This document shows positions 50,040 through 62,455 of a stretch of 64,000 nucleotides of DNA, piece after piece (position 1 is the stretch's first letter; each line of letters opens with the position of its first letter). The DNA comes from Macrostomum lignano. Lineage: Eukaryota. The translations under genes and the position numbers were made by a program. A model generated the notes under the pieces. The model saw nothing but the letters and a program-made list of their open reading frames with translations. It had not been told where the DNA came from and did not search any database. The stretch is from positions 89,147-153,146 of the forward strand of contig NIVC01002647.1 in NCBI GenBank assembly GCA_002269645.1, read 5' to 3'.

Positions 50040-50440
50040 TGCTTTTAGCTGGAAAGCATAAGGAAAAATACAGAATAGAACAGCAAATGAGAAAATTTGT
50101 TGCTTTTATCCCTCAAGCATAAGGAAAAGTACAAATTGGCTGCTTTTATCCCTGAAGCATAAGGAAAAATACATTGAAATAAAAATTGATGCCTGCTTTT
50201 ATCCGGAAAGCATAAGGGAAAGAGAATTGCTTTTATCCCTGAAGCATAAAGAAAAGTACATTGAAATTTAAAATTTATATATGCTTTTATCCAGAAAGCA
50301 TAAGGAAAAGAGTACCTGCTTTTATCCCTGAAGCATAAGAAAAGTACATTGAACGGAAAATTAAAATTTGATGCCGGCTTTTATTCAGAAAGCATAAGGA
50401 AAAGAGAATTGCTTTTATCCCTGAAGCATAAGGAAAAGTA
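50040..50440. repeat. Dispersed tandem motif GCTTTTATCCCTGAAGCATAAGGAAAAG (~8 copies; one more at ~48507)
   Basis: Direct reading; present on both sides of the mariner insertion. Confidence 0.8.
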
Positions 50441-50617
50441 CATTAAAGGTGAATCCAAAATTTAGTACAGATTTTCTGTCCTGGACATTTTTTTATTTAA
50501 ATTTTCACTAAAACAGTTTTTTAACAAAATTAATATATCAGAAAACTTTTTATAAAGTTTTAAGCACAAGAAATACACTGGAACAGAAATAATGCACTTT
50601 TAAATTTTTCTAAACAT

Positions 50618-50753
50618 CGATGAGTGGAACTTTGGCATTGATGAGTGGAACCTTGGTGTTGATGAGTAGAACCTTGGCATCAATGAGTGGAACCTTGGCG
50701 TTGATGAGTGGAACCTTGGTGTTGATGAGTGGAACCTTGGCGTTGATGAGTGC
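50618..50753. repeat. 21-bp repeats GATGAGTGGAACCTTGG(C/T)GTT; inverted copies at ~55065-55170
   Basis: Direct reading; they bracket transposase B. Confidence 0.8.
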
Positions 50754-51436
50754 ATATGAGATAAGAAATATACTAACCTGAATCTTTTATTTTGCTATTT
50801 CAACTTACCATATATTTTGTCATCTATTGCCATGAATAAAGAAATAAAAAACTGCACACTTAGCCTTTAAAGTCGTTTTCTTATGCTAGAGAAATGATAA
50901 CTGCACAGTGTATGAAACAATGCATATAGCATTTAAAGACAATAGTATAGGTGGATAATGTTTACTTGGCATAAGCACTAAAATGCAGTAGTTCGAAAAA
51001 ATTGACAAAATTATTGAAAATTATTTTAAATTATTTTAAATTATTAAATTATAAGAAAAAGCTAATGGCAATTGACACTAGATACAGCCCAGATCATATG
51101 GCGCTATACAATTCTTCAATGCGAGCATACTCGGTGTCTGGCAGGCAAAAAATCGGTCGGCGAACTGTGCTGACTGGCACTAACTGCGGTGGCGTCGAGC
51201 ACACAGCCAGCACAGAGCCCGCCTCGATCCACTAGGTGTCTTTTTTTCCACATGAATCTGCAAAAGGAAGCATGACAAAAATGCATTAATAGCTTGGCAG
51301 CTGCTTTAAAGTTAAAGTACGTATATATTTCTGATCCAACCTAAAAGATACCTGGCAGGACTTCCAATGTTTAAACCAAAATATATTAATCTGATATGAA
51401 TATGACAAACTTAAATCTGTTAATTTACCAATTTGG

Positions 51437-54400
51437 CTAGGTCATAGTCATGAAGGAGATGTAGATGTCCCCTTCCTTCACTTCCTTGACTTCCCCAAGG
51501 TACCAGCTGGTCTCGTATGCTACAGCAACAAAGGAGTTTATTGTTGCAGTTGGCAGCGGCAGCTCAATTATTTCGTCCAGAATGACTGCTTCTGCTGGCA
51601 CCTCATGTGTTGTTAGGTCTGGGCTCCAGGTTGTGGTGTTGAAGCAGCCTGTGCATCCAGTTGCTGTGCACTGGCAGGCCAACTGACAGTACAGGATGTC
51701 AGTGGCTTCAGTGCACTCAACATGGTGTGCTCTTAAAATGCCTACGATCGGTGGCACCGTGACATTTTGAAGGATGCTCTTCAATGTGTCAATCTTCTCA
51801 GAGGTTACCTTTAAATAGAAGAATAGAGGTTAACTAAATTGTAAGTGCGTGGGATTTTTAGCAGTTAAAAATAATTATTTTACAGGGTACTCTAGAACAA
51901 TTATTGCTGTACTTCATTTACCTGCATAAATAGGATTTTTGAATTGCGAAGACCTCCATTCATCGCAGCTTCCACATCTGTGACAGTGATAACAGACTCT
52001 CCCCAAGCCACGGCCTCATCACATTGGCGCTTAATGGCGGCGCTAACTCCGTCAGGAGCGCCCTTGCTGTGGTTGGCTTTGGTGAAAACCCACTGCCAGT
52101 TTGAGATGCCACGCGCTGCCAACTCCCGCTGAAAGAGATACACCTTGTATCTGTTGTGATACAGCAATGACGGTGAGTTGGACACAATTGTGACCCGTCT
52201 GGTCTCACAAATTGACTGGCAGTGGTCCAGGATGGGCTGCAAGTGCGCAGTGACTGCTTCGGCCACCTTTCAGCGATTGGTCGACAGAGTTGCAAATGGT
52301 GTCAGGTCTGCGCCCTAGATTATTGTAAGGTTACACCATGGCAATGTGTATCGCAATAGTATCGCAATATCGCAATAGCTTAATAGTTTTAATGATCTTG
52401 CCTTCAAGTAGCATATCCCTTGATGAATTACAACTTCTGGATTACTGCTATAGTGTGCGCTTGTTACTTCATGGCCATATTTTCCCATGTAATTCTTGGA
52501 AAAGTTGACGTGGATGACTACGTGGCCATCTTCCAGCAACAATCAAACAGCGCGGATGTACCCAAACTGATGTTTGATGCAATTGAAATGGCAGGAGTAT
52601 TTTTTAAGAGTCTGCTAAAAGGCTTCAACCACCATAGCCAGGTTGTCACATTTCTTAATTGGAAGAAAGCAAGAAGTGTTAGTACATATCTGATCACTTT
52701 GGAGTTGTCAAGCTGCTGTGATAGTCTCAAATGTACTATACTGATATCATATTTTCATTAAATACTAACTATTTTAAAAAGCACTCCAAAAGGAGTAGTC
52801 AGAATTTTACCTGAACACACTGGGTCAATTTGAAATTGTTATCATTGACCGTCAAGGCCCACTGGTGATAGGTCAGCATTTGGGATGCAGCGCTCGAAAG
52901 GTGCATAGGAATGCACTTGTCCCTGCAGGCTGCACATTCTCTTTGCAGACAAGCTGCCAAAGCAGGTGACTGGCCGGAGTCGCACAGGATCTGCTGTAGC
53001 AGCTGGTGCTTGTCGCAACTGGATATGAGGTGCTTGCTGAAGAGGGCGTCGCCCAAGAGCTATGAAAGGTGCAAGCAAGATCACTTTTAAGAATCGAAAT
53101 TGGTTCACGCCTAAGTCATCCATGCATATTAAAATATAAGGCATTTTCAGATTCCTAAAAGAAGAAATTTTAACTTACATCAAGATTGCTGCAGGTCATG
53201 CAGTGGCAAATGCCCCTGTCATTGAGCCGTGGCTTTACGACATAAAATGGTCAAATGGCATAAAATGTCGAATGGCCAATGGAAACGTTAGGATTCTCTG
53301 ATCTGAACTTCTCAAAAAGCACTTCGATTGAAAAGTTCAAGAAGCACTTCTGCATTTTGACCTTTTTCTTGGTCTTAGTCTCGTTTGTTGACGCCATCAT
53401 GCGCATATTGTTGTTGCAATTATAAAACTTGGCGACTAGCACTCTCCGACTAAGTCTTGCGTTGACAGCCAGGCTCATTTGGCCTTTGCTGACTTCATTG
53501 AGGGTTTGATAATCGAGACACAACTTCTGGACAAGGAAGCGACACGCCTTTGCTCCTTTGAGGTTTTTGCAAATCTGTTAAAAAGGTTTGTTAGTGAACA
53601 TTAAGTTAACTCAGGACACAAGAAGTAATATAAGATTTTGCTGAGGTCACAAGACAACAATTGTAAAAGACATGTAAACCATACCTTCTTAGCCAACTTG
53701 GTGATCGACTTGTTTCGTGTATGCTGGGCAAGTGCATCAAACGTTGCCTCTGCAGCTTCAGCTTGTGCATTCTGGAGTTTCAGGCAAGCACGTCGCAGCT
53801 TAGCCTGCCGAACACTAGCACTCTGCCACTTTGCCCGCCGGGTAGGCTCTTGCGGCTTTTTTGCAGAAGCTTTAGCGGTTTTCTGTAAATATTCATTTTA
53901 AACAGAGATCAAGTTCTATGTACACAACCTGATATAGAAAAAAGCACATTAAAATTAGTCTTCAAACTTACCAAATGGTATAGACACTTTCTGAGTCATT
54001 CAAATGTAGTTATAAGTTTGCTGTTTTGAATTTTCAGCATTTGCCGCTCTTCTAAGGCTCGTCGTCATTCTCAAGCAGAGGCAGCAACACTACAAGCAGA
54101 GCTTGGTGTATAGCTGCAGCTGAATGATTCTGTTGCAGATTTAGAGCCACCGATTGCAGACTTTGGACTCAAAGTAACAACTTTGTCAGCAGGCAGGACA
54201 GCAGCAGCTGGGTCAGCAGGCAGGACAGCAGCAGCTGGGTCAGCAGGCAGGACAGCAGCAGCTGGGTCAGCAGGCAATACAGCAGCTACAGCTCCTTTAG
54301 CCTCTCCGCCATCTTTTTCCGCAGGTGATCATTTTTGCAACGACTGCGAATATCACGCTGACTCATACTGCTCTTCTTTTTCTCGGCATATCGCTTTGAA

Positions 54401-54504
54401 GCAGTAGCTTGATGAGCCCTAAAGGCTTCAGGGTTTTCAGCTTTTTGCTTTGCAATAAAATGTTGATCACGTGCTTTCTTCAAATCAGGATTGATTGCAA
54501 CCAT
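51437..54504 (-). pseudogene. Degenerate spliced Sola2-like transposase B (element ends ~50450-55480, unresolved)
   Basis: Mutated motifs HVNFSKNY, VSNSPSLLYHNR, ANHSKGAPDGVSAAIKR. Tudor-like tail FVAVAYETSWYLGEV. Multiple stops. Confidence 0.72.
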
Positions 54505-55507
54505 TGCTAAAAGTGAGAATTAAAAATTTTATACCATTAGCTGGTTTTGGAAAATGAGAATAACAGATTTAAAACTAACTCAACATATAAATATTCTAGA
54601 ATCTTAATAAAGAAGAGTCCAAAGTCATAAGGCAATTTGAACATAGAACTTCAAAAGCTTTATAGAATTTTTTCTATAATTTATCATTTTTAGTATAGGC
54701 TTAAAAATAAAATTTTGCTACATTAATAATGTATTTAAAAATGTACTCTATGCCATGCCAGATGTTCTTCATTAAATACAATACTAAAACTTGTTAATCT
54801 ACTTTAAGCATAGAAACAAGTTTCTAGGACAATAAAGTCTTATCTCTAAGATTTTTAGATCATATTCTAAAAACAAATATTTTTAAATACCTAGATAATG
54901 ATAATTCTTAGCTATAAAACAATAATGCATGCTACTTGTCAACACATTAAACTTAAGGATTACTGTAAAAAAACAGTACAGTAATTTTTCTGCATGAATG
55001 CTGCTAATGCAGCTTGAAAATTCTCTATGTTTTACTCATTCAGCAATTTTTATAACTCATCAATAGCAGTGTTCCACTCATCGATGGCAGTGTTCCACTC
55101 ATCGATGGCAGTGTTCCACTCATCAAGGCCAATGTTCTACTCAACGATGCCATCAATGAGTGGAAACCTAGTGCTATTTTTTGTATCTACAAGTAATACA
55201 CAAACATATTGGGACTCAAAATTTATGAAAATATTGTCACAATACAAACATCTGTACAATATTATACTGTTGAAATTAGAAACAAAATAATATAAATGAT
55301 ATAGCTGTTCAAAAGGCGTTGATGAGTGGAAGTGTTGTGCTAACTAAAAATGGTCTAAACTAAAAAAATTCTCTAACTAAAAGAGAATTAAAATGGAAAA
55401 TTAAAATCGGCTTTCAGCACAGAGCAAGTGCAGAGAAAGCTTATAGCAAAACTAAAATTTGGAACGCATTTGCAGATTCAACTACTACTAGTAATGCACA
55501 TCAAAAG

Positions 55508-58500
55508 TTAGCAACTTGGCGCAACAGAAAATTCATTGGTAAATACCTTTTTAGACTTCGATCTCCGCGCCGATTTCAGGCAAATCTGGGTTGCCTTTGG
55601 GCAGCACTTCCAGATGGCAGAGGCTCGGCTTGAACAATTGGCTGCCACGCAGTTCAGGCTGAGCTGCGGCTGCCTGTTCTGGAGCGGGCTGATTGGCTGG
55701 GTCAATTTTGCTTTCATCGCTCGACTCGTAGGCAACATTGGCCACTCTGTCTGGCGCAGCAGCTCCTGTGGTCGATCTGCCATCATCTGCAGCACCTTGA
55801 TGATGTGATTGCGATGAACTAGCATTTCAGCTGGGCATCCACGTCAGGCTGTCATAGGCTGGATCTTGTAGGCTACTTCGCCGACCTTCCTGTTGACCTT
55901 GTACATGCTTTTGTATGGCTGGTGAAACTTCGGCAGCTCGCCCAACTCGAGCTTCGGGTTGGCCAGGCAGACCAGGTCTCCAGGCTGCAATTCCACTGGC
56001 TTGGGTCGGTTCTCGTAATATTCTTCGCAGCGTTGGATCTCAGCTTGCAATCACTGTCGCACAATCCTTTCAGTCTCGGCCAGTCTACGCTGATGCTTTG
56101 CAATGTACTCGGGGAGGTCCGGTGATACGTCCAGGTGGTCTAGGGTGTTATCGATCAGATACCGATAGGGCACTCCATAGACAATGTAATGCGGCAAGAA
56201 TCCCGTCGTACGGTTGACAGCTGATCTCAGGGCTGTCAGAGCAGCTGGCAGCATCTTGTCCCACTGTTGATGATCTTCTAGGAGATGAGTGAGCACCTTC
56301 TTGATGTTTTTGTTGCACAATTCAGCTTGACCATTGGCCCAGGGCGAATATGGCGGCGTCGTGGTTTGTCGAATGCCATAGACTTTGCAGAAATGTTGAA
56401 ACTCATGCCCTGTGAACTGTTTGCTTTGGTCCAAATAGATCCACGCTGGGATTCTAGTGATTGGGAAGACTTGTTCTTGCAGGAGAGTTATTATCGTCTT
56501 GGTGCGCTGATTCTTTATGGCAAAGCCAATGGATATTTCAACATAGTGTCGACGTAGGTTAGGATATACTTGTTACCACAGTCTGTTGGGTCTCCAATGG
56601 GGCCTAGAGTGTTGATTGCGCATCGCCCATAGATTTCGCAGACCAGAAATGATTGCACATGCGCCGCAATTTGTTGCCTTCCTTTGCTCTGAGTGCAGGT
56701 CTGGCAGGAAGCAATGTAGTCAGACACGGCCTTGGCCAGGGCCAGTCGCCAGAACCTTTCGTGCACCTTTGCAATGGTGAGGTCTCAGCCCATGTGTCTG
56801 CAGTAGGGCAAACCATGCAGGTTGGCAAACACCATGGCGTCGAGACTCTTTGGCAGGATGATCCTCGCTTTATCCTCTTTGCCCTTATTGTTGAGATGGA
56901 TGACTAATAGTCTATCATCTCGGACTTCCAATTGCTCATAGAATGCTAGGAGATTTCGCTCATCTCTTGTTAGATTTAAACGCTGATTCAGCGACAGCTT
57001 TGGTTGTTGACTTTTGATAAGGTTGATCATCATTGCAATGGCGGAGTCAGCACACTGGTGAGTCTGGAGCTCCTCACGTTATAACACTGGTCTTGGGATG
57101 TGATCAGTTAAGTTCAAGGTTTGGCGTGTGTTAGTCGAATTAGTCGGCACGGCTTCAGCTGTGGTGGCATGGTTTGGGGTCTGGAGCTCCCTCCGCATGA
57201 TCGCTACTCTGGCTGGTTGCCAGGTCATTAAAGAATTTGAAGACCAATCCTCGTTGGACATTTTGGCATCATTGTAGGCAAATTTGGATTCGTCAGCAGA
57301 GCTGTTGGTGTCGATGCTGAATCTCACTTTCTTGAACACATGACGGCGAGCGGATTGGCAGTGGTCGTCGCTGGCTGCGCTGTGGTCGCTGTCCTCGTCG
57401 CCTTTAGCTAATAGACAGTGGCTCCTTGAAGGGCAACATGTCGTGCTGCTAAAGCTGGTGGGCGACCTCTGAGTCTTGAAAACGGCTGGCCAATGGCCTC
57501 AGCTTCGTCACTGGCGGGTGCAGTGCTGTCAGCGGCTTGCTATTGGCTGTCAATGATGCTGGCAGCGTAGCCTTGCCATTGGACTCTTTCGTCTTCGTCG
57601 GCAGTTTTCGTCGATTCTGGCAGGTCAGTTGCTTTTTGCTTGGTGGAGAGCTAGGGTGGCTGCTGTTATGGACCTTCGGCGCCGCTGCGCCAGTTATTGT
57701 GGCTGGCTGCTTACTTTGGTCCTCGTCTGCTGCCTCACGCTGAGCCTCCTCCAAGCATTCAGCATCGTCCTCGGGCCGTCTCGAGAGACCGTCAGCATTC
57801 TGATGCTGACTTGACTTTCGATGCAGGATCTCGAACTCAAATTTGCTGAGGCACTGTAGCCATTATCCAAAGATTTCTTCTTGCTGAGTTCACCTTAAGA
57901 TCCAGGTTAATGCGGCATGATCGGTTCAGCAAGTGAACTTCTTAGCCAGCAGGTAGAATCGGAAGTGTTGCATCCCATCTACAACTGCCAATAGTTCTTG
58001 TTTAGTAATCAGATATCGGGCTTCGGCTGGTTTGAGTTGCCGGGAGAAATAGCCAATTGAGCACTCAACCCCATCAGCTTGGTGTTGGCTCAGGCAGGCT
58101 CCGATTCTGGTCACAGAATCATCCGTGTCCAGGATAAACATAACTTCCGGGTCCTCACTGAACTGCGGATATGCAAACACTAATGTTGAAGTCAAGGCTG
58201 CTTTGAGCTGGTCAAACGCGTCTTGCTGGGCTTTTCCCCATAAACAATTGAAATTTCGGATCTTCTTCTCCTTGATTAGATTGTAGAGCAGAGCAGCAAG
58301 TTCTGCATAGCCAGGTACAAATTTAGCATAGTAGGCACACGTGCAGACAAAACTCTTAAGTTGTTGAGCTGTTCTTGGTCTTGGCCAGGTCTGAATTGTC
58401 TCGATCTTCGCCGGGTCAGTTTTGATTCCATCCTTCATTACAATATGCCCAGGTAGTTTAGACTTGCCCAAAATAGATGGCACTTCTTGCCTTTGAACTT

Positions 58501-59960
58501 AAGATTAGCTTCTTGGACTCGCTTGAACACTTCTTCCATATGCTGTAGATGGTTATTAAATTTCTTAGAATAAACAATTACATTATCCAAATAGGCTATT
58601 GCACTTTTGTAGATGATCCTGTTAAGCACAGCGTTCATGTGGCGCATGAAGCTGGCTGGAGCTGAACTTAATCCCATAGGCATAACATTGTAGGCAAATT
58701 GTCTGCGGTGCAGCGTAGCGAAAGCAGTCAGATCTTGATCTTCTGGACGCAGTGGAATCTGATAGTAGCCGCTATTGAGGTCAAACATGCTGAATAGCTG
58801 GCTTCCTTCGAGACTGGCGAATGCTTCTTGGATGTTCGGTATCAGGTATGGAAAGTACTTGCACTTCTGATTCAGACTCCAGAAATCTTGCACAATTCGC
58901 AGGCTGCCGTCCTTCTTCGGGATGATCACCAGTGGGGTGTTGTAGCTGGAGAAGCTCGGTTGGATCACGCCTTTGGCCAGGAGATTGTTGAATAGCTGAT
59001 CCACTTTGGGCAGCAGATGCGGCGGGATCTGGCAAGTCGGCAGATGCACTGGATTCATGTCCTTTAGCACAATACTGTGGGTGACCAGATGAGTTTGGCC
59101 GAGATCGTGTGGCCCCTGAGAGAAGATAGTCTTGTACTTCTTCAATAGCTCAATGACTTGAGCATGCTGGTCACTAGACAGATCTTTACTGATGTCGATC
59201 TCCTTGATCCAAGCGTCAGGATATTCGTCTTGGATTTTATTGACAGAGTCTTCTGGCTTCAGCAGTGGAAAGAACTGTAGCTCGGGCAGTTTGATTGGTC
59301 TAGCAATCCCAACTAAGGCATTCGCACATACTTTGATTGATGTTGTTCCTTGATTAATCATCTTGATAGTGCCTTCTCTGTTAGACATAGATATTAGTGC
59401 AGGCGCGGCGTCTAGATGCTGCATATCTTCTTCGCGCCGAGCCGGTTTTAGTGGCTCGATTACAGTAGGTATACCCTGGTTTTCTTCTTGTCCTTTAGCG
59501 AGTTTAATTTTAATTCAGGTTGATGACAGTGGCAGCACAGTAGTGCTCTTAGCTGTGTAGATTCTGCACGTGGTAGCCTCAGTTCGCATGTAGCGAAGCG
59601 GTGCGGCAGTGCCATCCTTGAAAAACAGCATCCCGGCGGCAAGATCCAGTGAGGTGCTGTACTTGTCCAGAAACTTGAAGCCCAGGATGTTGTCATGCGA
59701 TCCTTTCGCTAGTAGAAACTTGACTGTTGGCTGAAAATTACCTATCTTCACTTTGATAGTTAGTTGGCCTGCCATTTGAATAGGTTCACCATTGTAGGTC
59801 ACGATATGTTGCAGGCAAGGCTCAATTTGGCCACGGAGGGTCAGGTCGTCGGTACATAGGCGGTGCCAGGTGCTGAATCCAAGGACTTCACACTTGGGCC
59901 CAGTGTCAAGTAAGAAAGCGAAATAATGACCTTGAATCTCACCAGTTAGAAACGGATCCC
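55508..59960 (-). pseudogene. Gypsy pol pseudogene of L2 (protease, RT, RNase H, integrase)
   Basis: LLDTG (~59905); FDLNSGYYQI, MPMGL, YLDNVIVYS; LDTDDS..KQELLAVV; HHCC zinc finger, INTLGP, DQSKQF, NGQAE; many stops and frameshifts. Confidence 0.92.
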
Positions 59961-59961
59961 T

Positions 59962-61374
59962 TCAAGGTTGCTTAGGTGCAGAGTTCTGTACAGGTGCGGC
60001 AGAGGCAGTCTCAGCAGTGGCCTGCTGAGCGACTAAAGTCCTTGGCGGGGACTTTAGTGCTAGTGTGGCTGCTGGATGGCGCTGCCCCTGATGGTGCATC
60101 CAGCAGTCCCATTTCCCGAGCCGCCGTTGCGCTGGGGCGCGGTGCTGGCTGACCACTGGTGCAGGCATTTGTCGGTGCAATGCTCGCGATTGCACCTGTA
60201 GCACATTGCACTTTGCCGTTGCAACTGATAGGGTGGCAGCCTTGAACCCAATTGTTGCTGCTGCGGCTGCTGCTGTTGCTGCTGTGGTCGACGTTGACCT
60301 CCTGCTGGCAGCGTTCTCGGCAGCAGGTTGCTGCCATCTCTCGGTTGCTGAAGTCAATGGTACCAAACATCTGGAGCGCTGGCCCCACGAGTCCCGTGGC
60401 TGGTGGCGAGGTTCCCATGGCTCTGGGGTGTCGTTGTTGCGCGATCCCCGTGAGTAGAATTCTCGCATTTCATTACTCAAAGTCTCTAGTAGGTGTCGTT
60501 GCTCTTGCAGTGTCTCGGCTTGTTGTTCCATGACCTCATGCAACCAGTTTTCCTCAGGCCGAGATGACTTGGTGTCGTGTTGCACCACAGTTGATGTCTG
60601 ACTATTGTCATCTTTGAGAACCCGGACGTGTCTCGCTGCTGGCAGCGGTGCTACTCGCTGAGCCAGACTAGCTGCTGTCTCCAAGCGTAGCATGGCCCTT
60701 CTTGCTGTGGTCAGATTTTGCAGTTGCACCAGGATTAGCTGCTCTCTGGCTGACTGAACAATCCACACTCCCACCATAAACTGATCCACCAGTTCTGCCT
60801 GCTTCTGAACCAGGTAAAATGCAGGAATGCTCAATCGGCCAGAGCAGTTAGTCGATCGCCATAGTTGTCCACACTCTTGTTCTTGCCTTGCTGACAGCTT
60901 CGGAACTGCTCCCAATACTCCAGTGTGTCAGCCATATGCGTAAAGCATTCAGACAATCTGTTTGAACTCACCAAACATTAGATTGTCTGGCAGCTCCATC
61001 CTGATGACTGCGGGATAGGTTGTGGCAATGTCCAAATTCACAAGGACCTCTGCCTTCTTGCGTCTATCGTCTGTGATCCCATTGAGCTTGCAACACTCTT
61101 CCAGAGCCTGGATCCTAACATTGAATTCCTGGTTCTGCGTGTACCGCTGAATCTTGACTGGTTTTGGTGCCAGAGCTCAATCCTGCTGCTGGGGCTGCTG
61201 GTATACATGATGATAGTGTTGCGGCTAGCCTAGGCTAGTCTGCTCCAGTTGCCAGCGCACCTCTTCGGTCATCATGCAAATCATCTCGTTGTAGGTCAGT
61301 CTAGTAGTTGAGTTGTTGGGGCCCGCGGCATTGGCTGTCGCGTCTGTGGCTGTTGAATTAGTAGTTGAAGCCAT
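59962..61374 (-). pseudogene. Gypsy gag pseudogene of L2
   Basis: ATG at 61374 after the PBS. VKIQRYTQNQEFNVRIQALEECCKLNGIT resembles the L1 gag. Zinc knuckle CYRCNREH..KC near 60200. Stops and frameshifts. Confidence 0.75.
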
Positions 61375-61422
61375 AGTACTGTAGCATTTGAATGACTCAT
61401 TGAAAGGGTTTTAGCGTTTTGT

Positions 61423-61444
61423 TATCCCACTTAGCTGACCACCA
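61423..61444 (-). other. Primer-binding site of L2 (tRNA-Leu-like, imperfect)
   Basis: TGGTGGTCAGCTAAGTGGGAT 1 nt after the 5' LTR, versus the recalled Leu PBS TGGTGTCAGAAGTGGGAT. Confidence 0.65.
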
Positions 61445-61445
61445 G

Positions 61446-62455
61446 TGAGGTGGGGGTGGAAAAAAGTTTTCTTGGAATGGTTGGTTTTGAAGTTTGCTGA
61501 CACCAGTGAGGTGGGGCAGATTCCATGTTTGGATTGCTGCTGATGTCGAGTTCGCATGAATAAAACCGGAAAAATCGCGCAGTTGAATCTCAATGGGAAA
61601 ACTTTCTCCTTTTACTCCAACTGCCAGGTTCTCAAGTCCAGGGGAAGGGTAGTCGTAATCCTAGCAGAGCGGTTGTGTAGCGGCGCGGCATTCAAAGCAA
61701 TAAAACACCAGAGAATTTTGACACTGTAAACTAATGCGTTGAGTTGCTGAGTTTGTTACCTTCAGTAGGGTAGTTGCTGCCACCACCGTAATTTATGTAT
61801 TATGGAACGAATAAGTCTCAGAGCTTTCTTTGAGATGAGAACTTTAGTTATTTTATGCCCCACGGGCAAATGACTCAATAAGATACTATGGCTTATAGAT
61901 CAATGAATAAATATGGATTCAAAGTTTATTAAGTGTTGTTACTTATTTATTGATGAGCAGGCTAAAATTTTTTAATGTTATTTTTGGACAAAGATTAAAT
62001 TTGCAGGCGGCACCTAGGTGCTAAATGAAATAGAAATTAGATACGCTGAGTTTTAAGGAGCCAAACAGGCAAAAATAGCAAAAGATGGAAACAATGAAAA
62101 GAAAAAAAGAAAAGAACAGGAAGGGATGAACATTTCATGAAAATAGAAGGGGTTTATATAGCAGAGAAAACAGGTCCACATATAGGAGCATCTAGTGGAC
62201 AAAACGTTGAACATACATGGTTCACAAATTGGGTTGCATGCAAAAACCGTTGGGAGAAATGCATTTCAACAAAACTTCCAGCATGAGGGCACGCATGTGC
62301 ACTGCATGGACTAACTGTTGGAAAAACCTGTTGGACGAAGTCCAAACCAAGGAAAATAAAATTTAATTTTTGTACACCACGCAGACAGTCTTAGTGGAAA
62401 CAGTTTTAGTTAGTCATCGATACTTGTTCAATCAAAGTGGCATCCGCCTGCCACA
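61446..62455 (-). repeat. 5' LTR of L2 (1010 bp)
   Basis: Adjacent to PBS and gag; TSD ATAT follows. Confidence 0.92.

Larger units (their letters stand above)
41885..62455 (-). mobile_element. Degenerate Ty3/Gypsy LTR retrotransposon (element L2), 20.6 kb including nested insertions
   Basis: LTRs 41885-42944 and 61446-62455 (TG..CA); TSD ATAT (41881-84, 62456-59); gag-PR-RT-RH-INT order on the minus strand. Confidence 0.88.

Noticed and set aside
50447-55483. Exact TIRs of Sola-like element B (AGGTGAATC / GATTCAACT)
   Set aside because: The match is short and imperfect, and no TSD was confirmed, so the ends are left unresolved.
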